Source: Minisyncoccia bacterium (lineage in GTDB: Bacteria > Patescibacteriota > Minisyncoccia > Phycocordibacterales > UBA9973). Taken from it: 64,000 bases of DNA. The notes below the pieces were generated by a model. The model searched no databases. It was not told the origin of the DNA and saw nothing but the letters and a program-made list of their open reading frames with translations. Of this stretch, positions 48,335 to 57,472 are shown one piece after another; positions within the stretch are counted from its first letter, which is position 1, and each line of letters opens with the position of its first letter. The stretch is taken from NCBI GenBank assembly GCA_965656375.1, contig CBFHKH010000001.1:281319-345318 (forward strand). The letters are read 5' to 3'. The position numbers were made by a program, and so were the translations under genes.

Positions 48335-50213
48335 TACGAGCTTCGAGTGCTACCCAGTAATCATAATTTCCAGTCCAGGTATCTTTTTGATAGTAACGTT
48401 CTTCGAGAATAACAGGAGACTGTATATCATCAACTGTCTCAACTCCTGCTTCATTGGCAATTCTGATAAGCGCGTTTTTTATAGCAATGTTTCTTGCCGC
48501 AGAGTATCCAGTACTCACACCAGAACCAATTGCTCTATAATAATTTGCATCAGATGTATATGTTGATTTGAGTGGATCTTTCTTACCACTTTCATTGCTA
48601 ACTTCTGGTATTCCCCCACTTACACTCCCTATTGGCTTGAGTGTACAATCTGCTGTTCTACCCCCTTTTATAGGCGCTCGTGCATCCATCCAAACATAAT
48701 AATTCTTCGTTTCTTTATCATATGCAGTAAGCATTCCATACTGTGCAGGTAAGTTCTGAGCAGTTTTTTCTTCAAGTAGATTATTGTCAGAAAGGAACGC
48801 TTTTCGCATTTTTGTTTTTATTTCCGTGAGAGCTCCAAACTCAGTAGTGCTTTTACCATAATCTTCCTTCCTCCAGCAAAGTGCGTTTGGTTCGTATTTT
48901 TGAAGAAACGGACTTTTTGTAAAATCTTTTATAGTGTTTTTAAGTACAGTCTGGCTGAGGTTAATCTCATCACTTGTAGCAGCAATCTTTGAGAACAAGG
49001 TAGATTCTGGCATCTCTCGCGCTTCTTTGCCTTTTACAACTGTAAGCTTAGATGCTGAACAATCCGATACCGTACCTGTACTTTTTGGTGCTCTCGCATC
49101 AAGCCACACATAGTATTTACTCGTTTTATTATTATATAAAATTATAGTCGTATAGAGTATCGGGTAATTTGCTTTGATCACCCCTGTTGTATCAGCGATC
49201 TTTGCATATTCTGCCTTCGCGCGTGTTCGTGCTTTTTCAAGAGCATCATATTCTGTTTCTGCCTCGCCCGGAACAGGCATCACCCAGCAGAGATTACTTG
49301 GTTCGTACGTTGCAAAGGGGCTCGTTGTATAGAACGTAAGCGGCAAATCTGGAGTCTCTCCGCTACTACTAATATTCTGCGATGAAAACACTGCTGCTTG
49401 GGGAATGACTGGAGCCTCTTTTAAAACCTTAAGAGTATTACAATTTTTCTCCATAGTCCCTTGTCCAATCGGAGCTCTGACATCAAGCCACGCATAATAC
49501 GTCCTTGTAGTCACGTCATACAACACCTTCGATCCAAACACTACAGGATAAGCTTTTTTACTCACATCTTTGTCGGAGATGTTATTAATTCGAAGGTATT
49601 CAGATCGAGCGAACTTCTTTACTTGATCAAGTGCATCATATTCTGTATTTGATTTCATTGGATATGCTTCTCTCCAACAAAGCGCATCTTTTTGATATGT
49701 TGGGAATGGGCTTGTAGTGAATGTTGCTTGTGGGAGCTTGGGAGTACCTGTAATAGTGCTAATGTCTTTGACGTCTGTCGTATCTCCAAAGCCAAGACCA
49801 GTGCCAGTATTATCTGCAATATCTCTATCCTTAACATCCACACCAGTAACTACAAAGTCGCCGTTATTATTAACTTTTATCTTATTCTCTCCGATAGTAG
49901 AGAGAATGATTTTCATAATACCGAATACAGCGGTCATAATAAAAAGACCAAAGACTCCCCATATCATAATTGACTTACTTTTCTTATGGACTTCTTCATT
50001 ACCCGGCGAAAGCAGGTAACGGGTAAGTCCATAAAGAAAATACGCCATAGCACACGCAAACATGAAAATAATGATAGGGTTAATAATAACCCTATCAATA
50101 CTTTTCATAAGAGTTGTAAGACTCGCTTCTGCAACTGGAATGATTTGAAAATCAACCATGGATGTTTGATTAGCAGATGACGCCTGGACCAGGGATACAA
50201 GGGATTGCATCAC
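48330..50213 (-). CDS. large surface protein: N-terminal VirB2/TrbC-like pilin module fused to a triplicated about 120-aa Cys/Trp-containing ectodomain plus distinct C-terminal domain
   Basis: N-terminal ...FLYGLTRYLLSPGNEEVHKKSKSIMIWGVFGLFIMTAVFGI like the four upstream paralogs; three repeats with ...LCW...TEYDAL...YY(A/V)W(L/M)D(V/A)RAP; true start may be the internal MVDFQ. Confidence 0.6.
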   Translation of the reverse strand: MMQSLVSLVQASSANQTSMVDFQIIPVAEASLTTLMKSIDRVIINPIIIFMFACAMAYFLYGLTRYLLSPGNEEVHKKSKSIMIWGVFGLFIMTAVFGIMKIILSTIGENKIKVNNNGDFVVTGVDVKDRDIADNTGTGLGFGDTTDVKDISTITGTPKLPQATFTTSPFPTYQKDALCWREAYPMKSNTEYDALDQVKKFARSEYLRINNISDKDVSKKAYPVVFGSKVLYDVTTRTYYAWLDVRAPIGQGTMEKNCNTLKVLKEAPVIPQAAVFSSQNISSSGETPDLPLTFYTTSPFATYEPSNLCWVMPVPGEAETEYDALEKARTRAKAEYAKIADTTGVIKANYPILYTTIILYNNKTSKYYVWLDARAPKSTGTVSDCSASKLTVVKGKEAREMPESTLFSKIAATSDEINLSQTVLKNTIKDFTKSPFLQKYEPNALCWRKEDYGKSTTEFGALTEIKTKMRKAFLSDNNLLEEKTAQNLPAQYGMLTAYDKETKNYYVWMDARAPIKGGRTADCTLKPIGSVSGGIPEVSNESGKKDPLKSTYTSDANYYRAIGSGVSTGYSAARNIAIKNALIRIANEAGVETVDDIQSPVILEERYYQKDTWTGNYDYWVALEARK

Positions 50214-50526
50214 TGTGTAGCTGTTCAGAACCTACGCCAAATGTGTTTGTAACAAGGCGGATGATTCCCCAGAATGCAACGATAACAAAGAGACCGATAA
50301 GACCCTGGATGATTTTCGCACGTGACTTTTTCTTTGCTTCTTCGTCTGATGAAAGAGTATACTGGATGACTCCCCAGATAAAGTACACAACAGCAAGCGT
50401 AATGAGCACAGGAATAAGAGTAGCCAAGATCTTGTTTATCACTGTGATGACAGAGAACGCATCAGCAGCAAAAGCCAGGAATGGCACGGAACCAAGAACA
50501 ACACCGAATGAAATGATTTTCTTCAT
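50170..50526 (-). CDS. small T4SS-pilin-like (VirB2/TrbC-like) membrane protein
   Basis: signal peptide, hydrophobic helix, SSDEEAKKKSRAK loop, second helix IIQGLIGLFVIVAFWGII. Confidence 0.55.
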   Translation of the reverse strand: MKKIISFGVVLGSVPFLAFAADAFSVITVINKILATLIPVLITLAVVYFIWGVIQYTLSSDEEAKKKSRAKIIQGLIGLFVIVAFWGIIRLVTNTFGVGSEQLHSDAIPCIPGPGVIC

Positions 50527-50648
50527 ATATTAAACGTAATAATAAACTTAATAATAACTGTATCTATTCCCGCCGACCGCAGGCAATGAGATGGGACCTC
50601 TATAGTACATATCTAGTATATCATACCTGATAGCAAGATTTGCAAGGG

Positions 50649-51029
50649 TTATTGGGAAAGCTGTGGAATAAGAGTTTTGATCCCGAACGTATTTGAAAGA
50701 ACTCCAACAAGTCCCCACATGCTCACCATGACAAAAAGCGTAATGAGTCCCCAGATCATATATGTCTTCCCTTTCTTGCGCTTTTCTTCATTGTCAGGAT
50801 TCAAGAAAAATTGAATGATGCCCCAGATGAATCCTGCTGTCGCAAGTGTAAAGAGGAATGGTATGATGAACTGGATGATGGTGCAGCTTCCCCATTTGAA
50901 GATATGCCCGAGGCTTGTAAACGGTGGTGATACCTGGCTACAATTTGCAGTAGTTCTATCAGCTGCCGCAGTTACAAGCGGAACTGATGCATACGCTAAA
51001 ACTCCGAGTGTTCTAAATGTATTTTTCAT
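50649..51029 (-). CDS. small T4SS-pilin-like (VirB2/TrbC-like) membrane protein
   Basis: signal peptide MKNTFRTLGVLAYASVPLVTAAA; helix...FFLNPDNEEKRKKGKTYMIWGLITLFVMVSMWG. Confidence 0.55.
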   Translation of the reverse strand: MKNTFRTLGVLAYASVPLVTAAADRTTANCSQVSPPFTSLGHIFKWGSCTIIQFIIPFLFTLATAGFIWGIIQFFLNPDNEEKRKKGKTYMIWGLITLFVMVSMWGLVGVLSNTFGIKTLIPQLSQ

Positions 51030-51543
51030 CTTTAATGCGTTTGGTTGTGCTTCTAATTTCATCGACCGTTCCCTTAATAGCGTTTGCTATGACATACGAG
51101 CCAAGCAGGAGCGCAGCACCAACAAGTGTGTAGAGAAGTGCTTTCTTTGCTTTGGTAAGCTTCTCACTATTACCTGCTGCTGTCACAAAAAGGAATCCAG
51201 AATATATGATGGCAAGAGCTACGATAGGTATGCCTACAGTTAATACAAAATTAAGAATAGTCTCTATAAAAGAAGGAATATCTTCTACGCCTGCGATCGG
51301 ATTCTTAATACCAGTTTCAATTTTGATTCCATCCCCATTCTTTTTAGTTTGGGTATTATCAATATTTGCTGAATTTTGTTGTGTGTTATCGATATCAGCA
51401 GTAGGACATTTAGGTTCTCCTGGTTTACCACAAGCATTTACCATTGTTCCAGGCATGAAAAACACAAGAGCGATAACGAAGATGAGACTATACTGTACCA
51501 ATAAACTTCCTATTGTGTGTTTAGTTTGATTTATTTTTTTCAT
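51013..51543 (-). CDS. T4SS-pilin-like membrane protein with longer Asn/Gln/Thr-rich N-terminal region
   Basis: ...VGIPIVALAIIYSGFLFVTAAGNSEKLTKAKKALLYTLVGAALLLGSYVIA. Confidence 0.5.
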   Translation of the reverse strand: MKKINQTKHTIGSLLVQYSLIFVIALVFFMPGTMVNACGKPGEPKCPTADIDNTQQNSANIDNTQTKKNGDGIKIETGIKNPIAGVEDIPSFIETILNFVLTVGIPIVALAIIYSGFLFVTAAGNSEKLTKAKKALLYTLVGAALLLGSYVIANAIKGTVDEIRSTTKRIKDEKYI

Positions 51544-51560
51544 AATTTACAAATTAATAA

Positions 51561-51968
51561 TTAACGTATTAAAAAAGTTTCCCCTTTGAAACCAAGCGTT
51601 ACAAAGATTGTCTTGATAATAAGCCATGCTGCAAGAGCAATTATATACCCTATAATAACATTCTTTATAATTTTCTTTGCTTTTGTAACTTTTTCGGAAC
51701 TACCGCCTGAGAATAACAATTGCGCTCCAGCAATACAAAGCGCAAGTGCTGCAAGTGGTGCAGCAATCTTAAAGAGAAGAAAATCAATAACATTATTAAT
51801 GAGCTCGATAAAGGAATTAAAATTACATTGCTCTGTAATCGTTCGTCTTCCATCTGACTCAGTTATAATCTTCCCACAATCAGGAACCAACCCTGCTGCA
51901 TGTACAATAAGATATGGAGCAAAGATAATCACGAATGCAATGATGAATCCAAATAGTTTTCTTTTCAT
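51561..51968 (-). CDS. small T4SS-pilin-like (VirB2/TrbC-like) membrane protein
   Basis: signal peptide; IAAPLAALALCIAGAQLLFSGGSSEKVTKAKKIIKNVIIGYIIALAAWLII. Confidence 0.55.
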   Translation of the reverse strand: MKRKLFGFIIAFVIIFAPYLIVHAAGLVPDCGKIITESDGRRTITEQCNFNSFIELINNVIDFLLFKIAAPLAALALCIAGAQLLFSGGSSEKVTKAKKIIKNVIIGYIIALAAWLIIKTIFVTLGFKGETFLIR

Positions 51969-51972
51969 AAAA

Positions 51973-53277
51973 TTATTTCTTAGTTATAAATTCTAACTGT
52001 GCTTGTGCCTTGTTGATCGCATCATCAGTCGAAAGCTTGCTTGAGAGGACATTCTGAATCAATTCAGAGAAGATCTGGTCGCTTCCTTTCGTATCAGGAT
52101 CAAGCCACGTGCGTGATATAACTGCAGAGTTAAAGAAAGTAAATAGATACGGATCTACCGGTCTCTCTGCAAGAAGTGTGCGCGATGCAGGCGGAAGTGA
52201 TACAGCACTCGCAAAATTCTTTGCAGTGTCTCCAGTTGTGAGCAACCCAGCAACACTAAATGCAGTGGTTAGATTTGTAGATTTCTTGTTTACCGCAAGC
52301 GCATAAATAGTACCGTACGTACGCTTAGTATTGGTTCCGCGAGTTTGGAGCATTTGTGTAACATCAAAGCTTAAGTTTGGATTAACAGATTGAATTTTGA
52401 AAAGCTCGCTTGCTCGGCCAAGATAAAATACAAGCTTTCCTCCTGTAAATAGATCAATTGAGTTTGGCAATGCTCTATTCCATGAATACGCCGGTGCGGT
52501 CGGACTTGAAAACTCTGTGAAAAAGTTAATGACTGATTCTATTGGCGATACTGGAAGAGCAGAAGTATTCTCATTAAGAGCAGGAATATATCCTGTCGCT
52601 GTCGTCTTTATAATAGGGTTACCATTTTGCAAAAGGAGCGTTGCGAGAATATCTTTCGCATGGGTAATATTATCAAATCTGCCGAGTCCAATTATACTCT
52701 GGAGGATCGTTCCATCATCTTTTTTTATAGTTAGATCAGGCACGAGTGGAAAAAGTTCATCCCAATATTCAGGTAGCTTTGCGATACCCGCATTTGAGAT
52801 GAGATCTTTGTTGTAGTAGAGCACCATTGGATCAGTTACCATCGGAAAGCCGATGATTCCATCACTTGCAAGGTATACATTTGCACCATCGATAAATGCA
52901 TCCTGGAATGATTTTTGCGGATAGTTTGTATATGGAATTTTATAAATAAAGTCGCGATCTTTCTGAACCATATCCGGAGAGAGGAAAAAGAGATCAGGCC
53001 CAGTACCCGCAGCAAATGCTTCAATAAGAGATTGCTGGTATGTTGACTCATTCTTCACCACATAGCTAATAGTCAGATCTCTATTAGCATCTCGCGTCTC
53101 GTCAAATACTTTATAAATGTCAGGGCTATTAAATGTTCCCCAAATCACGATCTTACCAGTAGGTTCAGTCGTATTTTTTGTTGCACCTCCTATCTTCAAA
53201 AGTCCCGAGAATATCAAAACGGCAAATACGAAAAATGCCATGAAGATTGCAACTAAGATTGTTTGGAAGTTATTCAT
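51973..53277 (-). CDS. membrane-anchored extracellular solute-binding protein (SBP family 1, sugar-type) without adjacent ABC permease/ATPase
   Basis: N-terminal TM anchor; KIVIWGTF..., GPDLFF, LYYNKDL...LPEYWDEL, C-terminal DDAINKAQAQLE typical of SBP_bac_1. Confidence 0.55.
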   Translation of the reverse strand: MNNFQTILVAIFMAFFVFAVLIFSGLLKIGGATKNTTEPTGKIVIWGTFNSPDIYKVFDETRDANRDLTISYVVKNESTYQQSLIEAFAAGTGPDLFFLSPDMVQKDRDFIYKIPYTNYPQKSFQDAFIDGANVYLASDGIIGFPMVTDPMVLYYNKDLISNAGIAKLPEYWDELFPLVPDLTIKKDDGTILQSIIGLGRFDNITHAKDILATLLLQNGNPIIKTTATGYIPALNENTSALPVSPIESVINFFTEFSSPTAPAYSWNRALPNSIDLFTGGKLVFYLGRASELFKIQSVNPNLSFDVTQMLQTRGTNTKRTYGTIYALAVNKKSTNLTTAFSVAGLLTTGDTAKNFASAVSLPPASRTLLAERPVDPYLFTFFNSAVISRTWLDPDTKGSDQIFSELIQNVLSSKLSTDDAINKAQAQLEFITKK

Positions 53278-53798
53278 CTCTTGAAAAGTATACCATAATG
53301 ATGGTCTGGAACAGATATCGTTTTAGCTTTTTTGAATCCTCGTTTTTCAAAAAGTTCTAACGCTCTCTTTTCTGTCACTACAAAATGAGGGGCTGGTCCC
53401 ATCCCTCCGAATGAATCAGCCCAGTCTATGCAAAGAATTTCTCCATCAGTTTTTAGAATGCGCTTGGCTTCATCAATGAGACCAAGCTTGTCATCTACTT
53501 GAAATAAAACATTCGACATAATCACTCTATCAACACTAGCATCTTTAATTTTTGTGCCGTGTACTTTTTCGATATCACCCCAAATACAATCTACATTTAG
53601 GATGCCGAGGTTGTGTATCTCCGATTCAAGTTTTTTAACCAAATCTTTTTGGACTTCTACTGCATACACGTGACCAGTTCTACCGACTTTCTTGCTTACA
53701 GCTTTTACATACGCACCAGTCCCAGATCCAAGATCAGCAACACACATACCTTCTTCTATAGAAAGATGTGCAACATTTTGTTCTGGGTTTGAAAACAT
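53274..53798 (-). CDS. class I SAM-dependent methyltransferase (small, 174 aa)
   Basis: motif I VADLGSGTGAY, motif II/III (VDRVIMSNVL). Confidence 0.7.
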   Translation of the reverse strand: MFSNPEQNVAHLSIEEGMCVADLGSGTGAYVKAVSKKVGRTGHVYAVEVQKDLVKKLESEIHNLGILNVDCIWGDIEKVHGTKIKDASVDRVIMSNVLFQVDDKLGLIDEAKRILKTDGEILCIDWADSFGGMGPAPHFVVTEKRALELFEKRGFKKAKTISVPDHHYGILFKR

Positions 53799-53819
53799 GA
53801 TTTTATTATATCATTTTTA

Positions 53820-56264
53820 TTATAAACAGGTGATAGAAGCAATGCTATCTCCGGCTCGCATCTTCATAACAGTTACGCCTTGGGTCTGACGACCGGATGT
53901 AGGAATTGATTTGAGATCAACTCGAATGACCTGACCTTTCTGTGACACTGCAATAATTTCATTTTCATCTGCAACAATCTTGGCCACAATAAGTTTTCCA
54001 GTTTTTGGAGTAACTTTAGCAGTCTTTATACCTGACCCACCTCGCTTTTGAACTTTGTATTCCTTAATATTTGTCTTTTTACCGAGACCATTTGAAGAGA
54101 GTGTAAGGAGTGCGAGCGCAGTTTCCCCTTTTGGTACACGATCAACACCAATAACGACATCGCCCTTACCGAGCTTCATCGCACGTACGCCCGATGCTTG
54201 TCTTCCCATCTCACGAACATCAGATTCCTTAAAGCGAATTGATTGGCCATTTGTTGTAGCAAGCATAACATCATCATTCTTGACGACAGCGAGTACTTCT
54301 TGCAATTCATCCCCTTTCTCGAGTTTGATGGCAAGTAATCCACTTCGACGAACATCCTTGAAGCTCTCCGCAGAGACTTTCTTCACTACACCCATAGTTG
54401 TAACCAGCATCAGGTGCTCTACAGTCTTCTTTACCTCTTTGTCTATTGGCAATATTGATGTAACTCGTTCGTCACCTTCGAGAGAAAGGAAATTCATGAT
54501 TGATTTTCCTTTAGTTGCACGCTTGCCTTCTGGAATATCATACATCTTTATCTGATAGGCTTTACCGCGATTCGTAAAGAAGAGGAGGTCGCTATGCGTA
54601 TTTGCAGATACAAGCATCGTTACAAAGTCTTCTTCTTTTGGCTCTATATCTATCACGCCAACACCGCCTCTTTTCTGGGTTCGATATTCGCCTGGGTCTG
54701 TGCGCTTTACATACCCACCCTTCGTAAAGACGAGCACTGATTCTTTCTCAGGGATAAGATCTTCTTCGTTGATCGCTTTGACTCCTCCTTTGATGACGCG
54801 TGTTCTTCGTTCATCAGCATGTTTATCTTTGATCTCAGCAAGTTCATTACTGATCACGCCAAGCATTTTCTTTGGACTCGCGAGCAAGATCTCGAGCTCT
54901 TTGATAAGTGCTTGTTTTTCTTTTAATTCTAACTCAACGTTCTTTCGCTCAAGACCTGCGAGCTTCTGAAGCCTCATATCAAGAATCGCTTGAGCTTGAA
55001 GATCAGAGAATTTAAACTCTTTCATCAAGTTATGTTTTGCAGTCGCTGTATCTTTTGATGCACGTATAACAGAGATCACTTTATCTATATGATCAAGTGC
55101 TTTTTTAAGACCAAGTAAGATATGCTCACGTTCGCGGGCTTTGCGAAGGTCGTACTCCGTACGACGACGAACAATCACTACACGGTGATTAATAAATTCT
55201 GTAAGAAGACTCTTAAGTGAGAGAGTCTGTGGGACACCATCGACAAGGGCAACGATGTTGAAATTGAAAGACTGTTCGAGCTGGGTATGCTTGTAAATAT
55301 AATTCAGAACTTTCTGCGGGAATACTCCTGCCTTCAGATCGATAGCAATACGTATATCTTTTGCAGATTCATCGCGAAGCCCTTTGATGCCTTCGAGTTT
55401 TTTATCTTGGATGAGTGTAGCAATAGATTCAATGAGTGAAGATTTGTTTACACGGTACGGAATAGAAGTAATGATGATTTGGAATGTACCACTCTTAGCT
55501 TCAATGATCTCTGCCTCGCCTCGTGTGACCACTCCACCGCGTCCTGTTGAATACGCATGAATCATATCTGTTTGCCCATATACAATACCGCCAATCGGAA
55601 AATCTGGACCTTTGATGAATTCCATAAGGTCTTCTGTTGTTGCATCGGGATTATCAATAAGATGAACTGTGGCATCAATGACTTCTCCCAAGTTGTGCGG
55701 AGGAATGTTTGTTGCCATACCGACAGCAATACCAAGCGTGCCGTTTAGGAGGAGGGATGGAACTGCGGTCGGGAGAATGCTTGGCTCCTTGCGAGTCTGA
55801 TCATAGTTAGGGCGAAAATCGACAGTTTCTTTTTCGAGATCAAGAAGAAGCTGCGCAGAAATTCGAGACATCTTAGCCTCTGTATAACGCATCGCCGCAG
55901 GATTATCCCCATCGATTGAACCGAAGTTACCTTGCCCTGATATCAGAGGGTATCGGTATGAAAATTCTTGCGCCATGCCGGTCATCGAATCATACACTGC
56001 TTGATCTCCATGAGGATGATATTTACCAAGAACCTCACCGACTACCGTCGCACTCTTACGGAATCGACTTTGATAGGTAAGCCCCATCTCATGCATTGCA
56101 TACAGAATCCTGCGGTGCACTGGTTTGAGTCCATCGCGAACGTCAGGTAGTGCACGATCAGTAATAACCGACATCGCATAATCGATGAAGGATTCTTTCA
56201 TTTCAGAACCAATATTCACTGAAACGACATTTACATGCTCTGGTTTAATCTCTTCTTTTGCCAT
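53820..56264 (-). CDS. gyrA: DNA gyrase subunit A
   Basis: active-site/QRDR region [22 protein letters not shown]-terminal beta-pinwheel repeats. Confidence 0.97.
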   Translation of the reverse strand: MAKEEIKPEHVNVVSVNIGSEMKESFIDYAMSVITDRALPDVRDGLKPVHRRILYAMHEMGLTYQSRFRKSATVVGEVLGKYHPHGDQAVYDSMTGMAQEFSYRYPLISGQGNFGSIDGDNPAAMRYTEAKMSRISAQLLLDLEKETVDFRPNYDQTRKEPSILPTAVPSLLLNGTLGIAVGMATNIPPHNLGEVIDATVHLIDNPDATTEDLMEFIKGPDFPIGGIVYGQTDMIHAYSTGRGGVVTRGEAEIIEAKSGTFQIIITSIPYRVNKSSLIESIATLIQDKKLEGIKGLRDESAKDIRIAIDLKAGVFPQKVLNYIYKHTQLEQSFNFNIVALVDGVPQTLSLKSLLTEFINHRVVIVRRRTEYDLRKAREREHILLGLKKALDHIDKVISVIRASKDTATAKHNLMKEFKFSDLQAQAILDMRLQKLAGLERKNVELELKEKQALIKELEILLASPKKMLGVISNELAEIKDKHADERRTRVIKGGVKAINEEDLIPEKESVLVFTKGGYVKRTDPGEYRTQKRGGVGVIDIEPKEEDFVTMLVSANTHSDLLFFTNRGKAYQIKMYDIPEGKRATKGKSIMNFLSLEGDERVTSILPIDKEVKKTVEHLMLVTTMGVVKKVSAESFKDVRRSGLLAIKLEKGDELQEVLAVVKNDDVMLATTNGQSIRFKESDVREMGRQASGVRAMKLGKGDVVIGVDRVPKGETALALLTLSSNGLGKKTNIKEYKVQKRGGSGIKTAKVTPKTGKLIVAKIVADENEIIAVSQKGQVIRVDLKSIPTSGRQTQGVTVMKMRAGDSIASITCL

Positions 56265-56266
56265 AA

Positions 56267-56584
56267 TTATTGTGCAGGCTCATCTACTACAATTAAATCC
56301 ACCTGTTTTTCTGTAGTCTCTACCTTCGCCTTTGAGAAAGAAACACTACCAACACTCGCTGTAATATTCTTGAATGCGTCAGACACAGAACCAGCAAAGA
56401 GTGCAAATGGCTTTGGGCCTTGTTCTGTCTCTGCTACAACAATATTTCTCGCTTTAGTTCTATCTGTCATGCCATACACCCAGACTGATCCAACAATCGC
56501 CATACATACGGCAAGAGAGGCAACGAGAATCTGTTTACGTACTGGTTCTTCTTTTGATTGTAATTTTTTTATATATGTATGCAT
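56267..56584 (-). CDS. hypothetical small N-terminally anchored protein translationally coupled to gyrA
   Basis: stop 2 nt before gyrA start; one TM. Confidence 0.45.
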   Translation of the reverse strand: MHTYIKKLQSKEEPVRKQILVASLAVCMAIVGSVWVYGMTDRTKARNIVVAETEQGPKPFALFAGSVSDAFKNITASVGSVSFSKAKVETTEKQVDLIVVDEPAQ

Positions 56585-56611
56585 ATGTATCCAAATGATT
56601 ATAGTTTTAAA

Positions 56612-57238
56612 TTACGACGATAACACGACTACTTCACCTTCACGACCGATCAAGTCTTTTGCTTTTATCGTAAGTTTCTCTGAAGCTACGATTTTATCCT
56701 GCCCTGCTTCTTTCAAGAATGCTTTGAGAGTCTTGTCGTCATAATCCATCGGGATGATGAGTTTCGGCTCAAATGACACTGCGAGCTTATATGCGTCAGA
56801 AGCGCTCAACAATTCATCATTCCCAACTGGAACGAATAGTATATCGGGAGATTCAATCTCACCTTTTACCGAAGCACTCAATTTTCCTTCAGTTACACAC
56901 CCGAGAAAACAGAGCGATATATTGTCAATCGAGAGCGTATATATAGTATTGATATATTTCTTGCCTCCCATTGTCGCTTCTGTCAGGATTCCTTTTATGA
57001 AAATATCTTTTATCTCGTAGTCTCCTGGTCCCTTTATCTCAAACGGTACAGTATCACCATGTGCGACCATATCGAATCCGTTATAGTCTGGATGATTTGT
57101 CGTAGAAAGAGCAATTGCAGAGCCAAAGCGAGATGCTTTAGCGTTTGATTTTGAATCCTTACTGATCGGGTTGAATGCAAGCACCAAGTCCCCTTGGCTT
57201 ATCTTGAAGAATTGCTTGCCGAGATATGTGATAATCAT
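56612..57238 (-). CDS. MBL-fold metal-dependent hydrolase-like protein
   Basis: MIITYLGKQFFKI...LVLAFNP start typical of UPF0173/MBL-fold hydrolases; HGD motif. Confidence 0.45.
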   Translation of the reverse strand: MIITYLGKQFFKISQGDLVLAFNPISKDSKSNAKASRFGSAIALSTTNHPDYNGFDMVAHGDTVPFEIKGPGDYEIKDIFIKGILTEATMGGKKYINTIYTLSIDNISLCFLGCVTEGKLSASVKGEIESPDILFVPVGNDELLSASDAYKLAVSFEPKLIIPMDYDDKTLKAFLKEAGQDKIVASEKLTIKAKDLIGREGEVVVLSS

Positions 57239-57295
57239 AGGTCTAGTATAGCAGATCAGAGCCTAGGAATAAAGGAAAAGGGGTGTTATTTGTGC

Positions 57296-57324
57296 TTGCA
57301 AAATATACCCCTTTATAGTATAGT
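57296..57324 (+). promoter_or_regulatory. sigma70-like promoter TTGCAA-17-TATAGT
   Basis: 17-nt spacer; drives the + strand toward the hairpin/T-run at about 57405-57429. Confidence 0.35.
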
Positions 57325-57326
57325 GC

Positions 57327-57429
57327 ATACATTATAAGCCCAGGTTGAGAGTAACCCTCTTTTGGATATCCCGATTGGGATGAGACTCGAGAGAACCTCG
57401 AACTGCGCCGCAATAGTGCGGTTTTTATT
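57327..57429 (+). ncRNA. candidate about 100-nt small RNA or attenuator leader upstream of rpsA, ending in ccgca-atag-tgcgg + T5
   Basis: promoter-like box upstream, internal hairpins (atccc-gatt-gggat), terminator-like 3' end; followed by a second hairpin gcccaagg...ccttgggc just before the rpsA RBS. Confidence 0.25.
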
Positions 57430-57472
57430 GTGCCCAAGGCACATCCGCCTTGGGCGGAAGTTAATATAAAAT

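Noticed and set aside
57239-57472. Known housekeeping ncRNA (SRP RNA, tmRNA, RNase P, 6S) in the 234-nt gap upstream of rpsA
   Set aside because: No SRP domain-IV motif, no tRNA-like acceptor/T-arm for tmRNA, and too short for RNase P or 6S. Kept only as an uncharacterised leader/sRNA candidate.
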